The translations under genes and the position numbers were made by a program. From an uncultured Ruminococcus sp. (GTDB taxonomy: Bacteria; Bacillota; Clostridia; Oscillospirales; CAG-272): a stretch of DNA of 64,000 bases. Shown here piece after piece: positions 20,464 to 30,454 of this stretch (position 1 is its first letter; every line of letters starts with the position of its first letter). A model generated the notes under the pieces. That model ran no database searches, was not told the DNA's origin, and saw only the letters and a program-made list of their open reading frames with translations. Location of the stretch: positions 1,858 to 65,857 of the forward strand of contig CAZOFD010000005.1 in NCBI GenBank assembly GCA_964579135.1, in the 5' to 3' direction.

Positions 20464-21540
20464 TTGAAAGACCCGATAAAACTTCGCTCGGGCGTTTTTG
20501 CGACCGAGATATCTTTAAAAGAGGCGCAAGCAAAAAATTATCTTAACAGAAGTACGTTGGCGCTTATGCATCTTTCGTCAGACGCGCCTGTGGCTTATAC
20601 GGTATCGGACGCGGGATACGTATTTTGGTTCGATCCCGAGCGCGTGAGCGAGGCTGAACCCGAGGAATGGTACTCCGCGTCGCCGCGTACGGAGCGTATG
20701 ACGCTGCCGTCGGGCAACGTTATCTGCCGTATGTCAACGCGTCGCGCCGCCGCCCTCGGTTATTATTCGCGCGAGAGGCTCGCGGCTATGCATCTCGATG
20801 CCGTTGAGGAACCCGTTGCGTTTACCAAACGCGCCAATCGCGAAACCGTTTATTTTTACGATAAGATGACGGCGCTCAAAACGCCTCTCAACTGTATCAA
20901 GTGCGGTAAAGACGTTCGCTACCGCAAAAAACTTTGTCGTGCGTGTTACGAGGAGGATCTGGCGCAGCGCCGAGCCGAGGGTGACGAGCACCGCGGAGCG
21001 CACTACGGGATGCGTCGCGAGAGGGTGCTGTTTTTCGATCTCGAACTTACGGGCGTTTACGACCGCGACGAGATAATTTCGATATCTATCTGCGATGCAA
21101 ACGGCAAGATCGTTATGGACACGCTCGTTCATCCCACGCATACGAAAAAGTGGAAGCACACGGAAAAGATCCACGGCATCACCCCGGAGATGACGGCGAA
21201 CGCCGTCACGCTTGCGGAACTTACCCCCGAGATCAAATCTATATTTGCCGAAGCCGACAATATAATCGCTTACGGAGTTTCGACCGATTACAGCCATATA
21301 CGGCATATATACGAAACGGAAGAGGAGCAAGCCGAGCTCAAAGCCAAAACGCGTTGCTGCGCGAACGAATTCGTTCGCTATATACACGAGCACAGACCCG
21401 ATATTTCTCACGCAAGCCTTTCCGACGCTATGGCGTGCTTCGGGATAGAGTGGGACGGAACCGCGCATACGTCCATTGCCGACACCGTCGGATGTATGAA
21501 AGTTTGGGAAAAACTGTTTCCGAATTATTACGCGGATTGA
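20464..21540 (+). CDS. DEDDh (DnaQ-like) 3'-5' exonuclease fused to a duplicated N-terminal module and a zinc ribbon
   Basis: C-terminal FDLELTG (Exo I), YGVSTDYSH (Exo II) and HTSIADT (Exo III, H-x4-D). CIKCG...CRAC ribbon. TTG start 7 nt after GGAGG. Confidence 0.8.
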   Translation: MKDPIKLRSGVFATEISLKEAQAKNYLNRSTLALMHLSSDAPVAYTVSDAGYVFWFDPERVSEAEPEEWYSASPRTERMTLPSGNVICRMSTRRAAALGYYSRERLAAMHLDAVEEPVAFTKRANRETVYFYDKMTALKTPLNCIKCGKDVRYRKKLCRACYEEDLAQRRAEGDEHRGAHYGMRRERVLFFDLELTGVYDRDEIISISICDANGKIVMDTLVHPTHTKKWKHTEKIHGITPEMTANAVTLAELTPEIKSIFAEADNIIAYGVSTDYSHIRHIYETEEEQAELKAKTRCCANEFVRYIHEHRPDISHASLSDAMACFGIEWDGTAHTSIADTVGCMKVWEKLFPNYYAD

Positions 21541-21640
21541 TCGCGCACATCGCCGAAAACCATTGCTTAGGTAACGCACCTTTGGTGTTTTTCGGTCGGG
21601 TGGACGCAAAGTTCGAATAATTATTTGTTTTGGAGAAAAT

Positions 21641-22045
21641 ATGAGTATTTTTGGGAAGAATTTCTTTCGGCGTAAAAGTGTGTACAGCCCGTCGAACAAG
21701 ACCGATGCGTGCGGAGATACGTGCGCGGAGCAAGCCGTCGGCGACGTAGCGGACGGGGAAGCGGCAAATTTCGAATTTCTCGTGACGACGGTGTCCGCCG
21801 TCGAAACGTCGATCGTAGAGAGCCTTTTGCGCTCGGAGAACGTACCGTATATACTTCGCAGCCGCACCGAGGGAGCCGTGCGCGTTATCCTCGGCGCATC
21901 GACGGATACGACGGATATCTACGTACCCGCCTCGCAGCTCGATTTCGCCTCGGAGCTTGTCTCGCGCTCGTTTGAGTCGGGCGATGGCGGCGACGACGCG
22001 GAGAAGCAAAAAAACGAAAAAACGGAGGAGAGCGAAAATGCGTGA
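21641..22045 (+). CDS. small DUF2007-like protein
   Basis: 134 aa. Core FEFLVTTVSAVETSIVESLLRSENVPYILRS...DIYVPASQLDFASELV resembles the DUF2007 fold pattern. Overlaps the thiI start by 8 nt. Confidence 0.5.
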   Translation: MSIFGKNFFRRKSVYSPSNKTDACGDTCAEQAVGDVADGEAANFEFLVTTVSAVETSIVESLLRSENVPYILRSRTEGAVRVILGASTDTTDIYVPASQLDFASELVSRSFESGDGGDDAEKQKNEKTEESENA

Positions 22046-23225
22046 GATATTGCTTTGCAAATACGGCGAGATCGCTCTTAAGGGAGCTAACCGAGCGACA
22101 TTTGAAGCGCAGCTTTGCCGCGAACTGAAATATCGCCTGTCCCTTGTCGGCAAATACGACGTTATTCGCGCTCAAAGCACGATAAGGATAGAGCCGCGCG
22201 ACGAGGAGGCACAGCGTGCTTTCGACAGGGCTTACGACGTTGCTATGCACACTTTCGGCATCGTTGCGGTCAATCGTTGCGCCGAAACGGAAAAGGATAT
22301 GGAAGCGATAAAGGCGCTTGCCGGGACTTATCTTAAGGGTGCGCTCGCGTACGTTAAAACTTTCAAGGTGGAGACGAAGCGAGCGGACAAGAACTTTGCG
22401 CTTATATCCGAGGAGGTCAGCCGCGAGCTGGGCGGTTATCTGCTCGGCGCATTTCCGCACCTCAGGGTCAACGTGCACGAGCCGGACGTTACGGTAAAGT
22501 GCGAGATCCGCGAGAGCGCGGCATACGTAAGCGCGGGGCAGGTCAAAGCCGCGGGCGGTATGCCCGTCGGCTCCAACGGCAAAGGTATGCTTTTGCTTTC
22601 GGGCGGGATAGATTCGCCCGTTGCCGGTTGGCAAATGGCAAAGCGCGGCGTTAAGCTCGAAGCCGTATATTTCGAGGCGTTTCCCTACACGAGCGTTCAG
22701 GCGAGAGAAAAGGTAACGGAACTCGCTCGAACCGTCAGCCGCTGGGCGGGCAGCATCAAATTGCACGTCGTTTCGGTGACAAAGATACAGGAGATGCTTT
22801 CCGCATCTTGCACCGAGGACTATTTCACACTGCTTTTGCGCAGGTATATGATGAGTATTGCGGAGCGCATTGCGGCTGCAAACGAATGCGGCGCCCTTAT
22901 AACCGGCGAGAGTATGGGGCAGGTCGCCTCGCAAACGATGCAGGCGCTTGCGGTTACCGATAACGCCGTGAATATGCCCGTTTTTCGTCCTTGTATCGGT
23001 ATGGATAAAGAGGAAATCGTGGCGATCGCGCGCAGAATAGGTACGTTTGAGACGTCGGTACTTCCGTATGAGGATTGCTGTACGGTATTTACGCCGCGCC
23101 ACCCCAAAACGCGCCCCGTGCTTGAAAACGTGCTTGCCGAGGAGGCAAAACTCGATTTTGCCGCTCTTGTCGACGAGGCACTGGCAACGGACGAGGTCAT
23201 TAACGTAAAATATTGCGGTTGCTGA
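22038..23225 (+). CDS. thiI: tRNA 4-thiouridine synthase ThiI (no rhodanese domain)
   Basis: MREILLCKYGEIALKG..., THUMP region, PP-loop LLLSGGIDSPVAGW. ATG 22038 behind GGAGGAG. Confidence 0.92.
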   Translation: MREILLCKYGEIALKGANRATFEAQLCRELKYRLSLVGKYDVIRAQSTIRIEPRDEEAQRAFDRAYDVAMHTFGIVAVNRCAETEKDMEAIKALAGTYLKGALAYVKTFKVETKRADKNFALISEEVSRELGGYLLGAFPHLRVNVHEPDVTVKCEIRESAAYVSAGQVKAAGGMPVGSNGKGMLLLSGGIDSPVAGWQMAKRGVKLEAVYFEAFPYTSVQAREKVTELARTVSRWAGSIKLHVVSVTKIQEMLSASCTEDYFTLLLRRYMMSIAERIAAANECGALITGESMGQVASQTMQALAVTDNAVNMPVFRPCIGMDKEEIVAIARRIGTFETSVLPYEDCCTVFTPRHPKTRPVLENVLAEEAKLDFAALVDEALATDEVINVKYCGC

Positions 23226-23267
23226 AGAAAAATCGCTTATAAATCGGTAAAAAGCAAGTTTTAATGC

Positions 23268-23318
23268 CAAAAAAACGTTACGACACGGCTCAAAAGAGCC
23301 GTGTCGTAACGTTTTTTA
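23268..23318. terminator. bidirectional terminator between thiI and ygiQ
   Basis: 18-bp stem aacgttacgacacggctc-aaaa-gagccgtgtcgtaacgtt flanked by an A-run and a T-run. Overlaps the ygiQ stop. Confidence 0.8.
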
Positions 23319-25385
23319 TTTTCGTCCGCTTTTTTTATCGAAAGATCCGCGTGGAGACGACGCTTTTTTCATATCGTGCGAGACTGGGGTATTTTTGCTC
23401 TTTTTCTTGTTGTCGCTGTTTTTGATCTGCGAATTTTGCCCGTAGGCAGTCGGTTTTGCGCTCGCAGCGTATTTCGAGGAAGTGCCGGGGCGTTTGTTTC
23501 GCCCGTTATCCGCCTCGCTGCGGCGAGACGTGCGTTCTTTCGGTGCGTTTCGGCACTTGGCGGAGACGTTCTTTCTGTATGAGTTCTCGGGTCTGACAAG
23601 GCACTCCCGCCCGTTGCCGATAAGATCTTCTCTTCCGGCGAGACGTAACGCTTCACGTACGGTGGTTGCGTTTTCGGGTCTGGAGAATTGCAAAAGTGCG
23701 CGTTGCATTCGTTTTTCCTGCGGAGTTTTGGCAACGAATATCTCTTTCATCGTGAAAGGATCGATCCCGGTCGCGAACATAACGGTGGACGCGGTGCCCG
23801 GCGTCGGATAAAAATCTTGGACTTGTTCCGGATTCAGCCCCTCGCGCTTGAGATACAGAGCGAGGTCAACGGCGTCGTTAAGAGTCGAGCCGGGGTGCGC
23901 GGACATAAGGTACGGCACGAGATACTGCTCTTTGCCGCATTCCGCGGTAATTTCGAAAAATTTCTTTTTAAATTTTTTGTAGACGGAAAAGTCGGGTTTT
24001 CCCATAGCGTTCAAAACTCCGGCGGAGCAATGCTCGGGGGCGACTTTAAGCTGCCCGCTCACGTTGTCACGCACGAGTTTGCGGAAAAACGCGTCGTCCT
24101 CGTCGAGCATAAGGTAATCGAACCTTACCCCGGAGCGAACGAACACTTTTTTTACGCCGTCGACCGCCTCTACGGCTTTAAGCAATTTTATATAGTCGCT
24201 GTGATCGACGCGAAGATTGGGGCAGGGGCGCGGAGCCAAGCAACGTTTGTTCGGGCAAACGCCGCTTTTCAGTTGTTTGGCGCAGGCGGGCTCGCGAAAG
24301 TTTGCCGTGGGGCCGCCGACGTCGTGGATATAACCCTTAAATCCGTCCATCGAGGTGATTATCTTCGCCTCCTCAACGCAACTTTCTATGCTGCGCGAGC
24401 GCACGGTGCGCCCTTGGTGGAACGCGAGCGCGCAAAAGTTGCAGGCACCGAAGCAGCCGCGGTTTTGCGTTATGGAAAAAGCAACCTCGGCAATGGCGGG
24501 AACGCCGCCTTGCTTATCGTATATCGGGTGCACACGTCGCGTGTACGGCAGCGCGTATACGCGGTCGAGCTCTTCGCGTTCCAGCGGCGGCATCGGCGGA
24601 TTTTGCACAAGCAGTTTGTCGCCGTATCTTTCTATGATTGCCCTGCCGGATATCGCGTCTTGCTCGCGATACTGTGCGGCAAACGCTTCGGCATACGGCC
24701 TCGCGCCGTTTTTGATAACGTCCCAGTCGAATTCAGCCGCAACGGGAAAGTGCACCTCGGGCGCGTCGGCACGGCAAATATAGCAAGAGCCGCGCACGTC
24801 GCGGATCTTTTTCACCGGGACGCCCTTTGCCAAAAGATCCGCTATACGGACTATTATTTTTTCGCCCATACCGTAGGTCAAAATATCGGCGCGGCTGTCT
24901 ATGAGCAGGGAGCGGCGGATCTTGTCGTCCCAGTAATCGTAATGCGCAAATCTGCGCAGTGATGCCTCGAGCCCCCCGAGAACTATCGGCACGTCGCCGT
25001 ACGCTTCGCGTATCCTGTTTGAATATACGATGCAGGCGCGGTCGGGGCGGTGCCCGATCTCGCCCCCGGGCGAATAATAGTCGTAATTTCGGCGGTGGCG
25101 GGAGACGGAGTAATGCGCAACCATAGAATCTATGTTGCCTGCGGTAACGAGAAAGCCGAGGCGCGGTCTTCCGTATTCGCGAAAAGCGTCCGCGCTCTTC
25201 CAATCGGGCTGTGCAAGAACGGCGACGCGGTACCCCGCCGCCTCGAGAACGCGCGAGATTATGGCAACACCGAACGAGGGGTGATCTACGTAAGCGTCAC
25301 CGGTTACGTATACGAAATCCGGTCTGTCCCAGCCGCGGGCTTCCATATCGGCGCGGCAAACGGGCAAAAATTCTTTTCCGAGCAT
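23316..25385 (-). CDS. ygiQ: YgiQ-family (UPF0313) radical SAM protein
   Basis: 689 aa with CFGACNFC (CxxxCxxC), N-terminal YgiQ-type domain and a basic Lys/Ser-rich tail. Confidence 0.88.
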   Translation of the reverse strand: MLGKEFLPVCRADMEARGWDRPDFVYVTGDAYVDHPSFGVAIISRVLEAAGYRVAVLAQPDWKSADAFREYGRPRLGFLVTAGNIDSMVAHYSVSRHRRNYDYYSPGGEIGHRPDRACIVYSNRIREAYGDVPIVLGGLEASLRRFAHYDYWDDKIRRSLLIDSRADILTYGMGEKIIVRIADLLAKGVPVKKIRDVRGSCYICRADAPEVHFPVAAEFDWDVIKNGARPYAEAFAAQYREQDAISGRAIIERYGDKLLVQNPPMPPLEREELDRVYALPYTRRVHPIYDKQGGVPAIAEVAFSITQNRGCFGACNFCALAFHQGRTVRSRSIESCVEEAKIITSMDGFKGYIHDVGGPTANFREPACAKQLKSGVCPNKRCLAPRPCPNLRVDHSDYIKLLKAVEAVDGVKKVFVRSGVRFDYLMLDEDDAFFRKLVRDNVSGQLKVAPEHCSAGVLNAMGKPDFSVYKKFKKKFFEITAECGKEQYLVPYLMSAHPGSTLNDAVDLALYLKREGLNPEQVQDFYPTPGTASTVMFATGIDPFTMKEIFVAKTPQEKRMQRALLQFSRPENATTVREALRLAGREDLIGNGRECLVRPENSYRKNVSAKCRNAPKERTSRRSEADNGRNKRPGTSSKYAASAKPTAYGQNSQIKNSDNKKKSKNTPVSHDMKKASSPRGSFDKKSGRK

Positions 25386-25454
25386 AATATCAGCACCCGC
25401 CCCGTGGCGAGTATATCCTTTTCGTTTTTGCTTCGGGCGGCGGTGTCCGAAAGA

Positions 25455-26537
25455 TCATTTTATAAACATTGCGTCGCCGAAAGAGAAAAATCTGTACTTT
25501 TCCGCGACTGCCGTTTTATAGGCTTCGAGGACGTGCTCTCGGTCGTAAAGTGCCGAAACGAGCATCAAAAGCGTGGATTGCGGCAGGTGAAAGTTCGTTA
25601 TCAGCGCGTCGGTCGCCTTAAATTTATATCCCGGGTATATAAATATGCCCGTTTCGCCGCTCATTGCGTGCACGTTGCCGCCGTCGTCGGCGGCGCTTTC
25701 GAGGGTGCGACACGAGGTGGTGCCGACGCAGATAGTTCTGCCGCCGGCGGCTCGGCGCGAATTGATAAGGTTTGCCGCCTCCTCGCTTACGGAAAAGTAT
25801 TCGCTGTGCATCACGTGGCGGTCGATGCGTTCTTCTTTTACGGGGCGAAACGTGCCGAGACCGACGTGCAACATTACGGGTACTACGGCAACGCCGCGCG
25901 ATTTTATTTTTTCGAGCAGTTCGGGGGTGAAATGCAGCCCCGCCGTCGGAGCTGCCGCCGAGCCCTCCTCGCGCGAATACACGGTTTGATATCTCTCGGC
26001 GTCACCGAGTCTTTCGGTGATGTACGGCGGGAGCGGCATTATCCCTATCTCGTGCAAAAGTTCGTATTCGTTAGAATATTTTTCGCGATCGTAGTCGAAC
26101 GTGACCGTTCTGTTGCCCTCGTTCGCTATGTCCGTGACCGTTGCCGTTAGTTTGCCGCCGCCGAACGAGATCTTCATACCTATGCGCGCGCGTTTCCCGG
26201 GTTTGACAAGGGTCTCCCAAGTGTCAACGGCGAGGCGGCGTAGGAGCAAAAGTTCCACTTTTGCCTCATCCCTGCCGCATACGTTGCCGTAAAGTCTTGC
26301 GGGAATAACGCGGGAGTCGTTAACAACGAGTGTGTCGCCCTCGTTTAAAAGGTCGGCGATATCGTAAAAGTGCATATGCGATATGCTTCCGTCGGCGCGG
26401 TCAAGAACCATAAGGCGCGAGGCGTCGCGCCGCTCCGTCGGGTGTTGTGCTATAAGTTCTTTCGGAAGATCGTAGTTAAAGTCCGCCGTGCAAAGATCGG
26501 TGGCGGTCAGATCGTTAACGATTACGTTTGTTTTCAT
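25455..26537 (-). CDS. queA: S-adenosylmethionine:tRNA ribosyltransferase-isomerase
   Basis: [21 protein letters not shown] and [12 protein letters not shown]. Start taken at MKTNVIV (ATG 26537). The track ORF has a 39-codon upstream extension. Confidence 0.94.
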   Translation of the reverse strand: MKTNVIVNDLTATDLCTADFNYDLPKELIAQHPTERRDASRLMVLDRADGSISHMHFYDIADLLNEGDTLVVNDSRVIPARLYGNVCGRDEAKVELLLLRRLAVDTWETLVKPGKRARIGMKISFGGGKLTATVTDIANEGNRTVTFDYDREKYSNEYELLHEIGIMPLPPYITERLGDAERYQTVYSREEGSAAAPTAGLHFTPELLEKIKSRGVAVVPVMLHVGLGTFRPVKEERIDRHVMHSEYFSVSEEAANLINSRRAAGGRTICVGTTSCRTLESAADDGGNVHAMSGETGIFIYPGYKFKATDALITNFHLPQSTLLMLVSALYDREHVLEAYKTAVAEKYRFFSFGDAMFIK

Positions 26538-26730
26538 TATGGTGCGATGGGTCCTTTCGTATTTCGGTTGCGTTTTGCGCGTTCGGTGGCTTAGGTGCGG
26601 CGTCGACGGTGCCGATTTTCGTTTGACGTGTGTCGTGGGCAAGCGCTGCGGCATATCATCTTATCAAAGCCCGCGGCGCGGAGAAGCATCGAAAACGGTG
26701 CGCCCGCGCCCGGCTGCTCGGAGGAGAATT

Positions 26731-27615
26731 ATGAAGCGAAACGGGAAAGATCTGTTTTTCGGCGTCGCGACGGCGCTTATAACACCTTTTAACGACGACG
26801 GGACGATAGATTTCGGCTCTTTGGACAGGATAATAGACCTGCAGCTCGACGCCGGTGTCGCCGCACTCGTCGTTTGCGGAACGACGGGTGAGGCACCGAC
26901 TCTTTCCGGCGAGGAAAAACGCGAACTTATTCGTTTTGTCGCGAAAAAGGTGCGCGGCAGGGTTCCGGTCATAGCGGGCGCAGGGTCAAATTCCACGTCC
27001 GAAGCGGTACGTGCCTCCCGCGCCGCGGAGGCGGCGGGAGCCGACGCAGTGCTCAGCGTTACGCCGTATTATAGCAGACCCACCGCCAAAGGTCTGCTCG
27101 AGCACTATCGACGTATAGACGCCGCAATCGGTTTGCCGATCGTGGTTTACGTTGTGCCGTCGCGTACGTGTTGCGACGTGCCCGAGGATATATGGGGTGA
27201 GCTTTTCGCTTTGCCGAACGTTGTCGGCGTAAAGGATGCAAGCGGCGACGTTCGGCATATCGCGCGTGTTTTGGAGCGTGCGAAGGGAGCGGCGTCCGTT
27301 TGGTCCGGCAACGACGGAGATCTTATCCCCACTTTGATTCTCGGCGGCAGCGGAGTCGTATCGGTTCTTGCTAATATAAGACCGCGCGAGCTTTGCCGAG
27401 TATGCGAACTTTTTGCCGCCGGCAAGATCGAGGAGGCGACGACGTCGGCGCAGGAGAATGCGCAACTTTGCCGCGCACTGTTTGCGGAGACAAATCCCAT
27501 ACCCGTTAAAGCGGCGATGGCGGAGCTCGGCTTGTGCCGAGAAATATATCGCTTGCCGCTTTGCTCGCCGAGCGAGGCGACGCGGTCGGAGCTGATAGCT
27601 CTTTTGCGGCGCTGA
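26731..27615 (+). CDS. dapA: 4-hydroxy-tetrahydrodipicolinate synthase
   Basis: VVCGTTGEAPTLS, VTPYYSRPT and Schiff-base Lys in VGVKDASGD. ATG 26731 behind GGAGGAG. Confidence 0.95.
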   Translation: MKRNGKDLFFGVATALITPFNDDGTIDFGSLDRIIDLQLDAGVAALVVCGTTGEAPTLSGEEKRELIRFVAKKVRGRVPVIAGAGSNSTSEAVRASRAAEAAGADAVLSVTPYYSRPTAKGLLEHYRRIDAAIGLPIVVYVVPSRTCCDVPEDIWGELFALPNVVGVKDASGDVRHIARVLERAKGAASVWSGNDGDLIPTLILGGSGVVSVLANIRPRELCRVCELFAAGKIEEATTSAQENAQLCRALFAETNPIPVKAAMAELGLCREIYRLPLCSPSEATRSELIALLRR

Positions 27616-27833
27616 GCCGTTCTGTGCGCCCATTCTTCGCACTAATTGTATCATAAAAAGGGTTCAAACGCAAGAAAAAAGCCGACGCGGGCGAAAAAAC
27701 GCGTATTTCTCCGCAAGGATTTGCGTATATAGGCAAAATCTCGCCGCTTTTTGCATAAAGAGCGACGTTTTGGCAAAAATATGTGTGCGCGAATACGTTC
27801 GCCGCATATACGTTGCTGAAAAGGAGTTTGCTT

Positions 27834-28625
27834 ATGAAGATCAAAAAAACGCAAAAATACGGTCTCGCATCCGCAAAGGCAAAAAAAGAGGACGGCGCCG
27901 ACGACAGGGCAGTCAACGAAAAAATAAACCGCACGGTGTATATGACCGTCGCGGTGCTTATAGTCGTTATGATAGCGGCTATCGCAATGACGACCGCCGC
28001 AAACCGCGCGCGGCGCGAAGAAGCGGAAAATACGTCGGATTTGCCGCCGTCCACGACCTTTCCCGAACAAACTTTGCCGCACGAGGTTCCGCCGAGGGAA
28101 ACCACGCCGAATCGCACCGACACCGTAACACCGTCACCGGAGACTCCGGTGGTCGAGACCGTGCCGACGCTCATTTTGCCGGTCGCGGCGGGGTCGATAG
28201 GCAAAGCGCATAATCCGACGATGCAGGTGTATTCGAGCACTTTGGGCGAGTGGCGAGTTCACCTCGGTGTGGATATTATGACCGATACCTCGGCTGCGGT
28301 AATGGCGGCTGCCGCGGGGACCGTCAGCGAGATAACGGACGATGGACTTTGGGGGACTTGCGTAACGGTAAAGCACGCGGGTAATTCGGTCACCGTTTAC
28401 AAAAATCTTTCGCAAACTCTTGCCGAGGGGATAGAGGTCGGCAAAAAGATCAAGGCGGGCACCGTTATCGGCACGGTCGGAGACGCGGCTTTTATGGAGA
28501 TCGCGGAGGAGCCGCACCTGCATTTTGAGATGAAGATCGGCGGTGAGGACGTTGACCCCACGGAATATTTTTCGGCAGAGGCACTCGCCTCGGTTTCCGC
28601 CGAGGGTGACGTATTCAGCGAGTAG
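27834..28625 (+). CDS. membrane-anchored M23/LytM-family peptidase
   Basis: TM helix VYMTVAVLIVVMIAAIAM, Pro/Thr linker, intact HxxxD (HLGVD) and HxH (HLHFE). ATG 27834, 7 nt after AAGGAG. Confidence 0.85.
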   Translation: MKIKKTQKYGLASAKAKKEDGADDRAVNEKINRTVYMTVAVLIVVMIAAIAMTTAANRARREEAENTSDLPPSTTFPEQTLPHEVPPRETTPNRTDTVTPSPETPVVETVPTLILPVAAGSIGKAHNPTMQVYSSTLGEWRVHLGVDIMTDTSAAVMAAAAGTVSEITDDGLWGTCVTVKHAGNSVTVYKNLSQTLAEGIEVGKKIKAGTVIGTVGDAAFMEIAEEPHLHFEMKIGGEDVDPTEYFSAEALASVSAEGDVFSE

Positions 28626-28740
28626 ATCGCATCGAAAAGTCGAGTATCGTCGTTTTTTAATATCGGTCGGGAGCGTCGCTCGGGCGAGTCGGCGACGTTA
28701 TATGCGGGCGAGCGTTTGTCGCGGACGTGAGACAAAGGTT

Positions 28741-28790
28741 GTCGCGAGGGTGCGCACCGTTTGGTGCGCACCCTCGCGACCTCTGTTTTT
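28741..28790 (+). terminator. very stable hairpin terminator
   Basis: Perfect 18-bp stem gtcgcgagggtgcgcacc-gttt-ggtgcgcaccctcgcgac followed by ctctgttttt. It abuts the stop of the minus-strand MutS-like gene. Confidence 0.75.
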
Positions 28791-30418
28791 CAGTTTGATT
28801 GCGAATTTTTCTCTATCTTTTCGACTATCTTGTCATACGACAAGCCGTATTTATCGGCAATATCCCTCGCATAGCTGCGCCCGTCGGGTTTTGCGCGATA
28901 GATCTTGAAAGATCTGCGTCCTTCGTCGATCCCCGCAACGAGCGTGTCTATACGCTTCCCGCCGAATGGTGCGGTTTTTTCGTTTACGTCGTCTATCATT
29001 GCGGCAAGTTCGTGCAGGTGGGTGGAGAAGAGTGCGCGGCAACCTGCTCGAGAAAGTCCCGCCAACACTTCCGCCGCGATATACGACGCTTCGTACGACC
29101 CGGTGGAGGAGAGCGACTCGTCAAGCAAAACGAGGGATTTTGAGGTAACGCTGTCGAATATCTCGCCGAGGCGCGAACACTCCTCGCCGAGTCTGCCTTT
29201 GTCTATGGTATCGTCGGCACCCGTCGGGAAATGGGTAAATATTCCGTCGGCGGGAGATACGGTCACGGAGTCGGCGGGGGCGTACAGTCCGAGTTGCACC
29301 ATAGCTTGCGCCATACCGACGGCGCAGGTTATGACGGATTTGCCGCCTCTGTTCGGCCCCGACAAAACGTATATCCTTGCGTTTTCGTCAAAATCGATAT
29401 CGTTCGTCACGATCTCGCCGTCGATCTTCAGGGCGACGGCAGGGTTGTACAGCCCGTGCGCGGTAAAAAGGCAATCGTTGTCGGGGGCGATCTCGGGGCG
29501 GCAAAGCGTGTTGCCGCGCGCTTTGAGGGCGAGCATAAGTCGCGTCCCTTTGACGAGAAATTCCATCTCGGGCATAAGATTAAGAAGAAAATCCGTATTT
29601 TCGAGCACATATTGCTGCACTATCTTTTTCCAAGAGCGGAGCGACGAATGATAAACGTCGTTTATGGCTCCGTTAAAGGCAAGCGACAATGCGAGCCGTT
29701 GGTTTTCGCTGTGATTTTTGTTGAAAGGCACAAGGCTTGCGATGCAAGTGTACTCGTCGTTTTTAAAGTTCAGTCGCAATATTTTGTCTATCACGTCACC
29801 GGAACGGAAAGGCTCGGAGTTGATGGCTAGGACTCCGGCGCTTTTCGGACGGAGTTGAGCGTCGAGATTAACTCCGACGGTCACGCTTTTGATCTCGCGC
29901 ACGCGCTCCGTCAATTCGCAAAGTTTTTCGTTAAGGCGACGGTAGTAGTCGCTTTCGGCAAGTTCGGATATGCGTTGGCTGAGCGTCAAAAACGCACGGC
30001 TCTTTAGATCTTTCGTGACGGCGGAGAGCCCGGCGTCAAGCGTATCTATACACGAGACGTAAAGCTCTATTTCCGTTATTGCGGAGAGATAGTCCTCGGC
30101 GTTACCGCTGTCTGCCTGCAAACGACGCAATTCCGTTATATCGCAAAGGATCGGCGTCAGCGAATTCAGCGTTTCAAGCAGAGAGGGGTTTTCCATAAGG
30201 TCGCGAAAAGTTTCAAGGCGGTATTCTATCACGTCGGCGTCGGACGTGAAAAATTCCGAAAGATCGCGACTGCGAAGCTCGAGAATATCGAGAAATCCGA
30301 GTTCCTCGAGAACGTATTGCGATATATTGGGTGTTTTGGCGGACTGACTTGTTCCGCCCGGATATATCAGTGAAAAATTTGTAAGCTCCAAGGCTGTTTC
30401 CTTTCTGCCGTTTTGCAA
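28790..30418 (-). CDS. MutS-family ATPase lacking mismatch-binding and endonuclease domains
   Basis: Walker A LSGPNRGGKSV, Walker B LVLLDESLSSTGS, STHLHEL and a helical core upstream. No ATG near the 5' end. Start is TTG 30418 or TTG 30391 (the latter behind GAAAGGAAA). Confidence 0.82.
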   Translation of the reverse strand: MQNGRKETALELTNFSLIYPGGTSQSAKTPNISQYVLEELGFLDILELRSRDLSEFFTSDADVIEYRLETFRDLMENPSLLETLNSLTPILCDITELRRLQADSGNAEDYLSAITEIELYVSCIDTLDAGLSAVTKDLKSRAFLTLSQRISELAESDYYRRLNEKLCELTERVREIKSVTVGVNLDAQLRPKSAGVLAINSEPFRSGDVIDKILRLNFKNDEYTCIASLVPFNKNHSENQRLALSLAFNGAINDVYHSSLRSWKKIVQQYVLENTDFLLNLMPEMEFLVKGTRLMLALKARGNTLCRPEIAPDNDCLFTAHGLYNPAVALKIDGEIVTNDIDFDENARIYVLSGPNRGGKSVITCAVGMAQAMVQLGLYAPADSVTVSPADGIFTHFPTGADDTIDKGRLGEECSRLGEIFDSVTSKSLVLLDESLSSTGSYEASYIAAEVLAGLSRAGCRALFSTHLHELAAMIDDVNEKTAPFGGKRIDTLVAGIDEGRRSFKIYRAKPDGRSYARDIADKYGLSYDKIVEKIEKNSQSN

Positions 30419-30454
30419 ATGCGTGCCGCATATGACGTTATTTTGCGGCGTATA

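Noticed and set aside
26538-26730. Lysine riboswitch upstream of dapA.
   Set aside because: The spacer is GC-rich. I could not find the conserved L-box core elements or a terminator or anti-terminator arrangement. An Rfam scan would settle it.
27616-27833. c-di-AMP (ydaO-type) riboswitch upstream of the M23 cell-wall hydrolase.
   Set aside because: There is no GGGGACCCA or ACGGGGA-type conserved core and no pseudo-twofold arrangement visible.
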